Assembly: GCA_005779435.1 (NCBI GenBank)
Contig: SXJH01000225.1
Location: 1-36,529 of the forward strand
Reading direction: 5' to 3'
DNA length: 36,529 bases
Source: Nitrosomonas sp.
GTDB lineage: Bacteria; Pseudomonadota; Gammaproteobacteria; Burkholderiales; Nitrosomonadaceae
The notes under the pieces: model-generated
What the model saw: the letters and a program-made list of their open reading frames with translations, nothing else
The model's database searches: none
Told to the model about the DNA's origin: nothing
Shown: positions 1 to 9,609 of the stretch, in pieces
How the letters are laid out: each line of letters begins with the position of its first letter
How positions within the stretch are numbered: position 1 is the first letter of the stretch
Made by a program: the position numbers and the translations under genes

Positions 1-29
1 CGTGGGTTCGAGTCCCATCAGCCACCCCA
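1..29 (+). tRNA. 3' end of tRNA-His (T arm + acceptor strand + CCA); left att core
   Basis: CGTGGGTTCGAGTCCCATCAGCCACCCCA has a GGTTCGA T loop and the GCCACCCCA end typical of tRNA-His; the GTG anticodon arm appears at the other end of the window. Confidence 0.9.
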
Positions 30-32
30 TTA

Positions 33-45
33 AATCAATCAGTTA
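33..45 (+). promoter_or_regulatory. IHF-binding site beside att core
   Basis: AATCAATCAGTTA matches WATCAANNNNTTR exactly. Confidence 0.7.
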
Positions 46-61
46 CCATCCGATAGTGGCA

Positions 62-95
62 AATTTTGTAATAAAAATTTGTGTTTTTGTAAGAT
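62..95 (+). repeat. Integrase arm-type repeats (TTTTGTAA core x2)
   Basis: AATTTTGTAA at 62-71 and TTTTGTAAGAT at 85-95; same words at 36409-36421 and inverted at 36466-36473. Confidence 0.6.
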
Positions 96-110
96 AGCAT
101 CCAAGATCAA

Positions 111-467
111 TTAGAATTTCCTGTCATAAACCACTCGTTCCCAGCGATCCTTGCAGGCATCATCAGAACATGTTTTTATTTTCTTCGGCAGCCATTGCAG
201 ATTATGCAGCGCATCGCACCCACCAACGGCTAGCGGTATCACATGATCGATTTGCCAATCGCTGCGCTTATATCCGATGGGTAAAGGATAGCGCGCTTCA
301 AAATCTCGCAATACCGCTGCGCTGCGCTTAATTTTTCCCGACGCTGTGCGTTTCGGTTCGCCGCAATACCGAGTTTCGGGTGAATGATTGTCAGCATACA
401 CAGGATCGCTACAGGAAAAGATCAGAAAACTTATCGATAAAATAATCGACAACCTAAAAATCATCAT
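111..467 (-). CDS. HNH-domain protein with N-terminal signal/lipoprotein-like peptide
   Basis: IDHVIPLAVGGCDALHNLQWL HNH motif; hydrophobic N-terminus ending LIFSC; GGAGG RBS before ATG 467. Confidence 0.75.
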   Translation of the reverse strand: MMIFRLSIILSISFLIFSCSDPVYADNHSPETRYCGEPKRTASGKIKRSAAVLRDFEARYPLPIGYKRSDWQIDHVIPLAVGGCDALHNLQWLPKKIKTCSDDACKDRWERVVYDRKF

Positions 468-469
468 TT

Positions 470-874
470 TCAATCCTCCCAATGCGACGCGCCGCCAAGG
501 CGCACGCCCGCCCACATCGCCCAAGCCGTCACTTTGGCACGGAACAAGCTGACGCCATCCTGTGTTAAGCATTCGATAATCACGCCGCGCAAAACTTTGT
601 CGGCGGTTTCTCGATCGATCTTTGAGCCGCTGCCGGTTGATGTTGTGTGATCTTTACGATACAACCAATCGTGCAGCGTCGCGGCCTCATCACCAACCCC
701 GCCGAATAACAAGTACATAAACGGCAAACGCGGCACGGATGCAAAATTGGTTTCAAACCCGGCATCGACTACGATCAGCCCTACGTTATCGGATCGGTAA
801 ATTAGCGGCTCAATCAAGCGCCAGGAATGCTCCCCGAGTTTTTCTACGCGCAGCTTCGTTTGAAATTTACCCAT
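470..874 (-). CDS. DUF1353-family protein
   Basis: GFETNFASVPR...AATLHDWLY motif; TAATG overlap with the upstream gene. Confidence 0.8.
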   Translation of the reverse strand: MGKFQTKLRVEKLGEHSWRLIEPLIYRSDNVGLIVVDAGFETNFASVPRLPFMYLLFGGVGDEAATLHDWLYRKDHTTSTGSGSKIDRETADKVLRGVIIECLTQDGVSLFRAKVTAWAMWAGVRLGGASHWED

Positions 875-1179
875 TAATTCTTTCTCCTGTTTTCTACTGT
901 TTGAGGAACCAACAACCCGATACCTGCGCCCGCGATAATGATCTGCGACATTGTGAGTCCGTCCAGATAAGACAGACCACCCGCACCGGCGCACATCGCC
1001 GCGAAAGTTGTGATAGCGCGTCCTGTTGCGTGGGCATCGCCGAACATATAACCGGCCAGCCCCTTATCCACAGTCTCAAAAGACCATTTCCTGTAATATG
1101 CATACAGCATGCCGACTATGCCGGAAACGACGAATGCGCCGAGCCGGATCGCTTCGGCTTTATCTATCAACTCAATCAT
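874..1179 (-). CDS. Putative holin (multi-TM small membrane protein)
   Basis: 101 aa, 2-3 hydrophobic segments, basic C-terminus, in lysis cluster, ATGA overlap. Confidence 0.55.
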   Translation of the reverse strand: MIELIDKAEAIRLGAFVVSGIVGMLYAYYRKWSFETVDKGLAGYMFGDAHATGRAITTFAAMCAGAGGLSYLDGLTMSQIIIAGAGIGLLVPQTVENRRKN

Positions 1180-1688
1180 GGCCGCAGCGCCACGCCAGCG
1201 AGGATTTTGGCGAACGTGATTGCATCGAGCATCGCTTGATAACGATGTCCTGCCGCTATCAGTCCGTCGACAGAATCGTTCATATTTTTCGCTCGCGATT
1301 GATAATCCAGCAGCAGGTGCCGGTTGGATTCCGGGTAATCTTCCCAATGCGCCGCGACGATCTTTTCGGCGGCGCGATATTGCGCGACGAGTTTATTGTA
1401 ATCCGCAACAAAAACCACAAACGCCGGGGCTGTAGAGTCGATATCCATTAGCGACGCCTTCCAGCGATCTGCGAAAGCCATATATTCGTTGAGCGCATGA
1501 TCGATCATGAGCCGTTCCGTGTCCGACAGCGGCGCGCTTTTAATTACGATCCCAACCTGCCCGGATTGGATCTGCTCGTTTGCGATTGCTGCATTGGTCA
1601 AATCGGCTGTATTTTTTAATACGGTTTCGCATCCAACTATCATGAAAAATACGAAAAACAACGCAAATCTATTTAAATAATCCTTCAC
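1176..1688 (-). CDS. Lipoprotein, possible spanin
   Basis: Signal peptide with IVGC lipobox; directly after the endolysin. Confidence 0.6.
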   Translation of the reverse strand: MKDYLNRFALFFVFFMIVGCETVLKNTADLTNAAIANEQIQSGQVGIVIKSAPLSDTERLMIDHALNEYMAFADRWKASLMDIDSTAPAFVVFVADYNKLVAQYRAAEKIVAAHWEDYPESNRHLLLDYQSRAKNMNDSVDGLIAAGHRYQAMLDAITFAKILAGVALRP

Positions 1689-2130
1689 GTTTCAAATATC
1701 CTTTAATCGTTAAACATTGCATCCTATTTTTCCCGCTCACAATTGAGCAGTGCACCCAACCAGAACTCGGCATTCCGGATTCGTAGTTTTCGAGAATTAA
1801 TTGATCGTAAATAAGGTTCATTGAAATCCAGTTGGCTAAGTCATAGTTGGATACGCCCGGGATTTCAAAATCAACGGCCTGCCCAGTCATGTGCTGCGAT
1901 GATTTGCTTCCTCTAATAGCTTGGTTGAGTTCGGCGCAACGGTAACCACTATTGGGTCTAAACGGAATATGGAAATGATCCCGAACCGGTTCTAAGATGC
2001 GGCAACAAACGATTTTTAATCGCTCAATGACATCTTCCGGTGGAGTATTGTCGATGCCGAGTTCGATGGCTTTATCGGAATGAATGAGTTCCGATAATTT
2101 AAAGTGCGGGGAAAGGTAGATGTCAATCAT
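1669..2130 (-). CDS. Endolysin, peptidase M15 family
   Basis: LSPHFKLSEL, SGYRC..LN, SQHMTGQAVDF, WVHCS motifs. Confidence 0.88.
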   Translation of the reverse strand: MIDIYLSPHFKLSELIHSDKAIELGIDNTPPEDVIERLKIVCCRILEPVRDHFHIPFRPNSGYRCAELNQAIRGSKSSQHMTGQAVDFEIPGVSNYDLANWISMNLIYDQLILENYESGMPSSGWVHCSIVSGKNRMQCLTIKGYLKREGLFK

Positions 2131-2306
2131 TTGCTGTGTGTCCTTTCTAAATGATTATCTAGCCTAGCGTGAGCGTCATTTGCCGATTTTTCAATATGAT
2201 CGATCCTTGAATGGATCGACCTAATATCTGCGCGTATGCCGCCCCATATTGCCGCAGCAACGATTAATTGACCCCCAAGCCATAGCAACATACTTTGATC
2301 CTCCAT
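2127..2306 (-). CDS. Small single-TM holin-like protein (59 aa, not in ORF track)
   Basis: MEDQSMLLWLGGQLIVAAAIWGGIRADIRSIHSRIDHIEKSANDAHARLDNHLERTHSK; ATGA overlap with endolysin start. Confidence 0.7.
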   Translation of the reverse strand: MEDQSMLLWLGGQLIVAAAIWGGIRADIRSIHSRIDHIEKSANDAHARLDNHLERTHSK

Positions 2307-2317
2307 TCTGTTTCCCC

Positions 2318-2345
2318 AAAAAATAAAGCCGCATAAGCGGCCTTG
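2318..2345 (-). terminator. Intrinsic terminator-like hairpin
   Basis: GCCGC/GCGGC stem followed by a T tract on the minus strand. Confidence 0.5.
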
Positions 2346-2357
2346 TTGTTTGATAAA

Positions 2358-2585
2358 ATGATTTTTTATTATTTAAAAACGTCTGACATTTTGGACTACG
2401 AAACAGTCAGATCAATAATTGTCCCGCTTGGTGTTTGCCTATTGATGCCCTTGTACTTGAGGTTCCAAAAGTGGCTTCAGGATTGGGTAGCCCGCTACGG
2501 ACAATGGCAAATTGAAGCCTCTTATCAGCTCGGGAGGAAGTGCGGCCGGGCGATTAAACGCATTCGCGCCTGGATTAAGCGCTGA
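2358..2585 (+). CDS. Possible small membrane protein antisense to the 3' end of the ejection gene
   Basis: One TM-like segment and a basic tail, but 147 bp antisense overlap and no clear RBS. Confidence 0.25.
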   Translation: MIFYYLKTSDILDYETVRSIIVPLGVCLLMPLYLRFQKWLQDWVARYGQWQIEASYQLGRKCGRAIKRIRAWIKR

Positions 2586-4562
2586 ATTAACCTGCCCTCG
2601 AACCCTGAAGTTCATTAATGGATTAATCGCCAATTCTTTCAAATACGGAAGTCCTGACATTCTGCCCATTAAATTTGCAATTGCCTGTGATGTGCCAGAG
2701 TTATTTACGGCAGCGCCAACCGGCTGGGATTGTATCGCTGCCGATACCCTGCCGATTCTTTGCAAGTGCTGCATTTCCTCTGGCTGAAACAAGATTTTCA
2801 GTTTAGCTTCGCCGATTTGCTTTAAAGCTTTGTTGTAGGCAGATTGGCTAAATTTTCCGAACTCGTCAGTCGATCCGTTCAATGCCTTCTCTTTCAGCCA
2901 GTCGATTATCTGGCCCTTTGTTTCTGTGAACAGTTGCGGATTGTTTTTCAGATCGGAACGAAGCGCCATGACATCGGCAGCCTTCCCGCGTATTAGAAAT
3001 TTGTTCACAAAATCATCCGGCGATATCGCGCCTTCCACAACAGATTTTAGCGGGGCGGAATTATCAAGCGCGTTGAAACGCTGCGATGCAGCCGATCTTG
3101 CAGCCTTGAATGCATCGCCTGCCTGCTGTCCCATCGTGTCGCCGATCCTGTCGATCTCGTTTTGTAGCGCATTGTTCACGATCTTTAGCGCAACATTTTC
3201 CCTTCCCGGAATTTGAGACATTTGATCGTTGATTGCTTGTCTTATTTGCTCGGCTTTTTGAATCGTGAACGGAAGCTCACCGGTTGCAATTTGATTGATC
3301 GCCTTCCTGACGCCGTCCGGCAGCGCATCGCCAAGCAGGGCATCATCTAGGGCATTGTTTACCGATTGCGCAAAGTTCGCCGGGTTAAGCGGCGTGTGTA
3401 TTCCGGCGGCCTCTCTTGCTGCGCCGTATAAATTATCCACGCTTGATTTTCTTGCGGCATCGATCGCTTTCAAATGGTCAATAATTTGATTGCCCGCGCC
3501 GTATCTGTCCAAGCCCGCACCGGATCTTTGTGTATTCAGATTCTCAATTAATTGCTTGTTTTGGGTATTAAACCGGTTTGCCAACTCATCGCCGGCACCA
3601 GCAATGCCGCGCGTATTTTGCTCAAATTGAAACTGCCCCGGCTCTCTTGTCAATTGTCCAAGCGTAGGTTTGATATTCAATGAATCGAAATCAGCCTTCC
3701 GCGCCAAGGCGTCAATATCAAGATTTCCGCCAGATTTTATGGATGTTTCCACGTCTTTCATAAGAGAATTCTGCATTTCCTTTGAAAGCCTGTTGAAATC
3801 TATTCCGCGTTGAGAGAACTTAACAGAAAGTTCTTCCGCCCCTTGCTTTGGATCGAAACCTCTAAATTTTTCTGCAATCTTTGAAAAACCTTTAGCCAAC
3901 GCATCTGACACGAAAGGCGAAGCCGCGCCCGTTGCCGCACCTATTGCCGCTTGTTCCCCTTTTTGCTCCCAGAATGAATTATCCGCGCCAGCGTCATTCA
4001 CTGGCTGCATTGCTGCGCCAACGGTTCCAGCTCCGGCGCTTGATAAAACTCGTGTTAACATCGGCGCGCCTTTTGCTGCCATAAACGGCATGCCAAGCGG
4101 GATTGATGCGGCTATATTGCCACCGATCCGACCGACATCGAAGCCGCGATCCTCTCCGTTACGCCAATTTTGCCGATAATCTTGTTCCGCCGCCTGATTG
4201 ATGCCTTCGACCTTTTGACGTTCCGCCTGCATGAATTTCTCGAAATCGGAACCCGCCGGGGCGATGGTTTCCAATCCTCGCGTCAATAATTGCGCGCCAC
4301 CATCCGCAATATCCCGCGCGCCTCGGACTGCCCCACCAATAAATGAATTTTTCAGGTTATCAAGAAGTGTGGCGCCTGGATGCTGTCTTGTGGTGTTGGT
4401 TTGCGCCACCGGATTGGGCACTACATCCGGTTGCCCGCCGCTTTCCGGCTGTGTGTGCAAGTTTTGCTGCACGTAACCGATGGCATCTTCCTCGGTTGCG
4501 CCTTCTGGCGCAAATACTCGGTACTTTTTCCCGTCAGGTGCTGTAATCTCAAATTTCGGCAT
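2439..4562 (-). CDS. Large DNA ejection/internal virion protein (P22 gp16 position)
   Basis: 707 aa, Ala/Gly/Gln-rich helical; N-terminal FEITAPDGKKYRV..PEGAT; last of three consecutive ejection-type genes. Confidence 0.7.
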   Translation of the reverse strand: MPKFEITAPDGKKYRVFAPEGATEEDAIGYVQQNLHTQPESGGQPDVVPNPVAQTNTTRQHPGATLLDNLKNSFIGGAVRGARDIADGGAQLLTRGLETIAPAGSDFEKFMQAERQKVEGINQAAEQDYRQNWRNGEDRGFDVGRIGGNIAASIPLGMPFMAAKGAPMLTRVLSSAGAGTVGAAMQPVNDAGADNSFWEQKGEQAAIGAATGAASPFVSDALAKGFSKIAEKFRGFDPKQGAEELSVKFSQRGIDFNRLSKEMQNSLMKDVETSIKSGGNLDIDALARKADFDSLNIKPTLGQLTREPGQFQFEQNTRGIAGAGDELANRFNTQNKQLIENLNTQRSGAGLDRYGAGNQIIDHLKAIDAARKSSVDNLYGAAREAAGIHTPLNPANFAQSVNNALDDALLGDALPDGVRKAINQIATGELPFTIQKAEQIRQAINDQMSQIPGRENVALKIVNNALQNEIDRIGDTMGQQAGDAFKAARSAASQRFNALDNSAPLKSVVEGAISPDDFVNKFLIRGKAADVMALRSDLKNNPQLFTETKGQIIDWLKEKALNGSTDEFGKFSQSAYNKALKQIGEAKLKILFQPEEMQHLQRIGRVSAAIQSQPVGAAVNNSGTSQAIANLMGRMSGLPYLKELAINPLMNFRVRGQVNSALNPGANAFNRPAALPPELIRGFNLPLSVAGYPILKPLLEPQVQGHQ

Positions 4563-4564
4563 AA

Positions 4565-5695
4565 TTAATCAATCCTTTGGGCCGCCCATCCGCCGCCGCT
4601 TATTGTTGATCTTTTGTTTTGCGATGCCGGAGGTTGACCGGCTTTCGTTTTTGCTCGGCCAATGCCATTTCGAATTATTTGCTGGAATTCTCTCGATGCT
4701 TTGATAAATTCATCCTCAGTATTGGCTTTTTCCATTCGAGACATGGCTTGCGTTGCCTTAATGCCTTCAATCTCAGTGATCTGCCCTCCGCCTTTTAACG
4801 TCTCAAACGCTTCCAAGAATTGCTTGCCTTTGAGTTGTTTTAGCGCAATATCGAAGCTTGCGGCATCGGTGCCGGGAACATAAGACAATGGAGAACCGAC
4901 AACGGCGCTTTTTCCAACCGATATTTTAAAGCCTGGATGCGCAAGCAAATCGTCAATCAATTTAATCGATTCTTCGCCCTGCTGTATTACTTTCGGCAAG
5001 TAAGCCTGAGCCTTGATACGATTAACCGCGCTCTCTTTTGCCCCTGCTATTTCCCCGGCCTTTTGCGCCTGAAATTCTGGGCTGTAATCCATTGCAAATC
5101 TAGCCCGATTCAAATCATAATTCGCCCCGAAATGCCGTTCACTCTGAGCTAGTCTAGCCGATTCTCCCGGACTGATCGTTTTTCCGTACTGCGCGACAGG
5201 TTTCATCGAAACCGGATCAATCAATGCATTCGATCCGCCCTGATCCATTTTAATCGGCGCTTTCCAAGGTGTTTCGCCGGTATTCGTCACGCCGCCGAAT
5301 GAATCTATATACTTGACAACAGGTCGTCCGTTCTCGTCGGTTGCTTCAATCTTTGCCTTATACTGCGGAATTGTGCCCTGCAGCGTTTTCACATGCGACA
5401 TCAATTCCGGCATACCGCTCGACATCAAGGCATTGATTGCGCCCTTGTGATCGATGGAGCCGTCGTTTTTGGTGTGTTGTTGTAGCGTTTCTTGCAACAT
5501 TTGCCGCGCCAATTGATCGCGCAAGAATTTCTGGTTCTGCATCTCAGCCATAAGTTTCCGATGCTGCAACTCATTTCCAGTCATAAGGCCGTTCATTGCG
5601 CCTTGAAAACCAGCACCGAATCCTCCATGAGGATCAAGAAAGCCAGCCGCGCCGCCCAATAAAGCTAATGTTTGTGGACTTGTCCAATTACTCAT
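4565..5695 (-). CDS. DNA ejection protein (gp20 position)
   Basis: Gly-rich hydrophobic N-terminus, LKGGGQITEIEG motif, synteny. Confidence 0.65.
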   Translation of the reverse strand: MSNWTSPQTLALLGGAAGFLDPHGGFGAGFQGAMNGLMTGNELQHRKLMAEMQNQKFLRDQLARQMLQETLQQHTKNDGSIDHKGAINALMSSGMPELMSHVKTLQGTIPQYKAKIEATDENGRPVVKYIDSFGGVTNTGETPWKAPIKMDQGGSNALIDPVSMKPVAQYGKTISPGESARLAQSERHFGANYDLNRARFAMDYSPEFQAQKAGEIAGAKESAVNRIKAQAYLPKVIQQGEESIKLIDDLLAHPGFKISVGKSAVVGSPLSYVPGTDAASFDIALKQLKGKQFLEAFETLKGGGQITEIEGIKATQAMSRMEKANTEDEFIKASREFQQIIRNGIGRAKTKAGQPPASQNKRSTISGGGWAAQRID

Positions 5696-5707
5696 ATTCT
5701 CAATCCT

Positions 5708-6937
5708 CTACGTTAACGAAACAATTGGAGCGTTAGCGACTCCTAGACCTCTGCCGCCAAACATTTGCATGCTGCCTAAGGGGGAACTCATTAATCCACT
5801 CATGCCGCTTAATCCACCCATGCCGCTCATCAAACCGCCAGCCCCCATAGCGGCGCCTATTGCCAATTGTGCAATGCTAGGAGTAGTAGTTTGTTTACCT
5901 CGCTGGATTCCGTAAGTCTGCGCCGTCGGCGCCGTTATGTTGTAATACCGTGACAAATTATCCCAATTCAGTGTATTTGGCATATTAAGCGCGTTCATAT
6001 AATTACCGTACATCGAATCTGCCATGGTGTTAGTGTTATTTAAAACATTAAGCCCCTGCATGCGGTTATTCAGGTTTTGCGCGTTTCGATCCATTAATTG
6101 TTGATTATTTTGCAAGCCCAGATTCGCATTAAATTGATTTGCGTTCATCAAATTCGCTATATTTTGTGCCTGAGAATTGAAATCGTAACCCGCATTGATG
6201 TTTTGTGCGTTCAACGATCTGTCAGTATTTCCGATAGCCAATCCGACAGCCTGATCGTTTAATTGGTTGGCCGTTCCCATCATCCGGTTCTGTGCGTTTT
6301 CAAATGCCGCACCATACATCGGAGCCAATCCGGTTGATAAATCCTGATTCAATCTCGACATAGCCAGACCTTCGGCAATTCCTTGTCGTGATCCACCATA
6401 TTGACCGGCCCCCATCGCTCCCGATCGGATCTGTGGCAATACGTTTTCAGTCGTATTTCTGGTTATCTGATTGGTTATGCTCTGCGCGATTGGGTCAAGG
6501 TATTTTGTGTTTATGCTCCCAGAAAGTAGCTGGCTTAAGGAATTACTTGGATTTAATGCCCCTTGCAAGTTCCTTGCGGAAAATGCGTCTACTCCTCTGC
6601 CCGCATATACATTTGGTGCGTCAATACCCCCTGGGTTGTTTATATCGCCAACGCTGGAAAAATCACTATCGAACTCACCATTGCCGGTTCGGTGCGCGGC
6701 ATCATGGATTCCGGGAAGCCATCCGGCTCGCTGGCCGATATTTTCCCGATATGCGTCGCTAGCCCCTTGCATTGCATCGTTCCATCCGCCGGAATTGTAA
6801 AGCCGCCCAGATTCAGGCAAATACCCCTTAACGCCCGATTCTTCGTCGCCTAAAATATATTTTTCGCCCTCAGCCCATGGCGTTAAATAACTTTTGCTTT
6901 TTTTCTTGCTATTAAGCAGATTTGTGTCGCCCATCAT
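5708..6937 (-). CDS. DNA ejection/pilot protein (gp7 position)
   Basis: GQYGGSRQGIAEG motif, Asn/Gln-rich, Gly-rich hydrophobic C-terminus. Confidence 0.65.
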   Translation of the reverse strand: MMGDTNLLNSKKKSKSYLTPWAEGEKYILGDEESGVKGYLPESGRLYNSGGWNDAMQGASDAYRENIGQRAGWLPGIHDAAHRTGNGEFDSDFSSVGDINNPGGIDAPNVYAGRGVDAFSARNLQGALNPSNSLSQLLSGSINTKYLDPIAQSITNQITRNTTENVLPQIRSGAMGAGQYGGSRQGIAEGLAMSRLNQDLSTGLAPMYGAAFENAQNRMMGTANQLNDQAVGLAIGNTDRSLNAQNINAGYDFNSQAQNIANLMNANQFNANLGLQNNQQLMDRNAQNLNNRMQGLNVLNNTNTMADSMYGNYMNALNMPNTLNWDNLSRYYNITAPTAQTYGIQRGKQTTTPSIAQLAIGAAMGAGGLMSGMGGLSGMSGLMSSPLGSMQMFGGRGLGVANAPIVSLT

Positions 6938-7377
6938 TTAACCTCGTAAGTGTAATTCTCGCTTTTTCTCACGTAACCTAAGCCGTCATAAAACATCTTT
7001 CCGATACCGCGCCTGCTGCACGTATCAATCCATTTCGCGCCATTTTCTTTTGCATACGCGACAAATGCATCGTGAAGTTTTGTCCCCCAATCATGCATTC
7101 CTTCTCCACCGGTCAAGAACAGAAATAACGATTTACCACCCGGGTGCTCGGTAATTGTGGTTACTGATGCGCTAACAAGAGCACCGTTCTTAGTGATCGC
7201 CCAGGCTTGGCTATCGCCGCGAATTAAATCAAGCAAAACGAAATCTATCGGGTATTTTTTATCCGTGTCGAACTTGGTGAGAGCTGACAACAAAAAAGGG
7301 CGTATTAACGGCCAATTGTTCAGCACAATCGATGTGTCTAGTTTATGAATTGCTATATTGTCTTGTTCCATTTTCAT
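6934..7377 (-). CDS. GNAT-like virion assembly protein (gp14 position)
   Basis: LFLTGGEGM..W and CSRRG pattern; TAATG overlap at 7377. Confidence 0.55.
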   Translation of the reverse strand: MKMEQDNIAIHKLDTSIVLNNWPLIRPFLLSALTKFDTDKKYPIDFVLLDLIRGDSQAWAITKNGALVSASVTTITEHPGGKSLFLFLTGGEGMHDWGTKLHDAFVAYAKENGAKWIDTCSRRGIGKMFYDGLGYVRKSENYTYEVK

Positions 7378-7646
7378 TACCCTAAAAACACCCAGGCCGA
7401 ACCGTTGTACCGGTAAAACCCGATGCCGCTTCCTGGATTCCAATTTGTTCCGTCCGCATACCTAAAATCACCATCGCGCGGCTTTGATGGGGCTGCATGA
7501 ATCTTGTCCAAATGCCCATCGGCCAGCCGGTTGACCGCAGCCTGTATCTTTTCAAATTCCTGTTGCAAATAAAGCGGAATGTCTTTCGGCTCGACAGGCA
7601 CCGGGCCGGGTGCATAGAACGCGCTGCTGTTATTTGCTGGTTTCAT
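7377..7646 (-). CDS. Small tail protein (needle/plug position)
   Basis: Short coiled coil plus YADGTNWNPGSG..Y.YNGSAW; follows tail hub. Confidence 0.55.
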   Translation of the reverse strand: MKPANNSSAFYAPGPVPVEPKDIPLYLQQEFEKIQAAVNRLADGHLDKIHAAPSKPRDGDFRYADGTNWNPGSGIGFYRYNGSAWVFLG

Positions 7647-9197
7647 TTACCACGCCCCCACCTCTTCAATGTCCAAGTCGTACGAATCTAAGCGCCACTG
7701 ATACGCTGTACCAGTCTCAAGCCTCACCGAAATATAGCGACCGGCCACCAGGCAATTGTTCGCAACCGTTGACCCTATGGTGTGCGTCATGCTTGTGTAG
7801 GTTGGCTCTTCCCACGGGTCGGATTGACTGCCTATCTTTAGAATAACGGTTTCGCCGGTATTTCCAACGATGCGCGGGCGTATGCCTTTCACAAGCTTTA
7901 TCTTTTCCGGCGCGCCAAATGAAAGTCCGCGCCGCTCAAGATATGCGGCTGGCAATGCGCCATCAAAGCTTGAGCTTGAATCCATCATGAACAGCTTGGT
8001 TCCATTACCGGCCATCAAAACACGTGCAGTCGATGGCACAAAATCCGGGCCGTTCCACATGGTTAAATCCGATAGCCACGGAGCGGAATCTTGCGACCAA
8101 TTCCCGGTCAATCCGTTCTCGATTGACCCAAAAGCAGCATGATTGATATTCGGCAATTCCCTGATGCTTATCGTATTGTCTTTGTAGTTCCAAACAATAG
8201 CCATATCGGGAACAGAAGATCCGATCTGCGCGAAGGCGATAAATACTTCATTGAAAAACGGATTCTTAAACGCGAACGATTTACCAACAGCATCCACGTC
8301 CATATTCTGAAACAGCCAGCGGCGGGTCATTTTGTCCAAGACAGACCGCGCCGTCATGCCATCGTGAACGATAATATCTGAGCCGGTCAGAACCACGTGG
8401 AAACCATCGACTTCAACCGCGCAGTTACGATTCAGCGCACCGGATGTTCCAAGCACCTTTGAAAACCTGAAAACATAAGGCCCGCCGGTAAAATCCATAC
8501 GCCAACATGAATTTTCTTTATAAATCATGAACGTGCTGCCAAGTTGCAAGCCGTCTATAATATGGTCGTAACCCTCGGCAAGATCAGCTTCACCCGCGTC
8601 CTTGGTTGTGTCGGTATGATCCCAACTTGCAGGAACCGCGCCGGGGTCAGCCGGATGCGACCATTTCACCATGTGAGGATAATTGGTCGCGGTCTTGGTT
8701 ACGTTCAGCGCGACAAGGTGTTTGTTAAAAGCTCGCAATGACTTACAATAAGTATTTGCTGGCCAATTTGCAAGATCAACGAAATCATTGGCTGTGTTCA
8801 AGTCCCATGACATCGGGACTTTGGACGTATCACCAACATTCAAAATCGGAATTCCTGAAAGCAGCGTGCTTGTCCATTGATTCGCAACACCGGTACGCGG
8901 CGTCGCGTGCGTAATATCGGTATGAACTGCCGCGCCGCCTGTAATCGTCACGCAATAGGTTTTGGCCGCCGTCGTATATATCCAATACCTGTTACCGCCA
9001 ACGTTACAAGGCAAAACATGTTGAGGCGCAAATGACGGCGAATTGTAAACTTCACCATGCCCATAAAATTGATGAGCGTAGCCATCCAAAAACCGGATGT
9101 TCTCGCAATCAGTCCACGCATTGATTGGTAATTCATGGTTGGACAGATCCTTGTTAACGCCGATAGAGCCTGCATTCGGCACGTGGATTAACGCCAT
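7647..9197 (-). CDS. Tail hub / packaged-DNA stabilization protein (P22 gp10-like)
   Basis: 516 aa beta-rich, VKWSHPADP..W motif, synteny. Confidence 0.7.
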   Translation of the reverse strand: MALIHVPNAGSIGVNKDLSNHELPINAWTDCENIRFLDGYAHQFYGHGEVYNSPSFAPQHVLPCNVGGNRYWIYTTAAKTYCVTITGGAAVHTDITHATPRTGVANQWTSTLLSGIPILNVGDTSKVPMSWDLNTANDFVDLANWPANTYCKSLRAFNKHLVALNVTKTATNYPHMVKWSHPADPGAVPASWDHTDTTKDAGEADLAEGYDHIIDGLQLGSTFMIYKENSCWRMDFTGGPYVFRFSKVLGTSGALNRNCAVEVDGFHVVLTGSDIIVHDGMTARSVLDKMTRRWLFQNMDVDAVGKSFAFKNPFFNEVFIAFAQIGSSVPDMAIVWNYKDNTISIRELPNINHAAFGSIENGLTGNWSQDSAPWLSDLTMWNGPDFVPSTARVLMAGNGTKLFMMDSSSSFDGALPAAYLERRGLSFGAPEKIKLVKGIRPRIVGNTGETVILKIGSQSDPWEEPTYTSMTHTIGSTVANNCLVAGRYISVRLETGTAYQWRLDSYDLDIEEVGAW

Positions 9198-9604
9198 CTG
9201 TTATTTGCTGCTGCAATGTATTGGTTAATGTCGCCTATCTGCCCGTATCTTTTCTCACTGAAACCGAAGTTATTTCCTATACCTTGCCTTCCTTGTCTTC
9301 GGCCAAGGAAATTTGGATTGAAATTGTTTCCAGCAAGGCTTAAAAGACCGCCGTTCAATTGATTCCTGACCATCCCAGGACTGGCTAAACCGCCGTATTG
9401 TTGAAAGAATCCATCCTTATTTAAGCTTGGATTCGTTTTGTCCATTTTGTAGCCTTGATAGGCAAATTTTGCGGCATTCGCGAATGATTTGTCACTCATG
9501 ATCGGATTTGAAGATGGCGCAGAAACCATGCCCATATCTTGCGCTCTACCGTATAACCCGCCGGGCATAACGGGCGCTTGATATTGTTGATAAAATTTTG
9601 TCAT
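9188..9604 (-). CDS. Hypothetical protein
   Basis: 138 aa ORF filling the gap in the late operon. Confidence 0.6.
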   Translation of the reverse strand: MTKFYQQYQAPVMPGGLYGRAQDMGMVSAPSSNPIMSDKSFANAAKFAYQGYKMDKTNPSLNKDGFFQQYGGLASPGMVRNQLNGGLLSLAGNNFNPNFLGRRQGRQGIGNNFGFSEKRYGQIGDINQYIAAANNRWR

Positions 9605-9609
9605 TTTCT

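Noticed and set aside
1-29. Complete tRNA gene inside the window
   Set aside because: Only 3' fragments are present; the 5' half would lie outside the window
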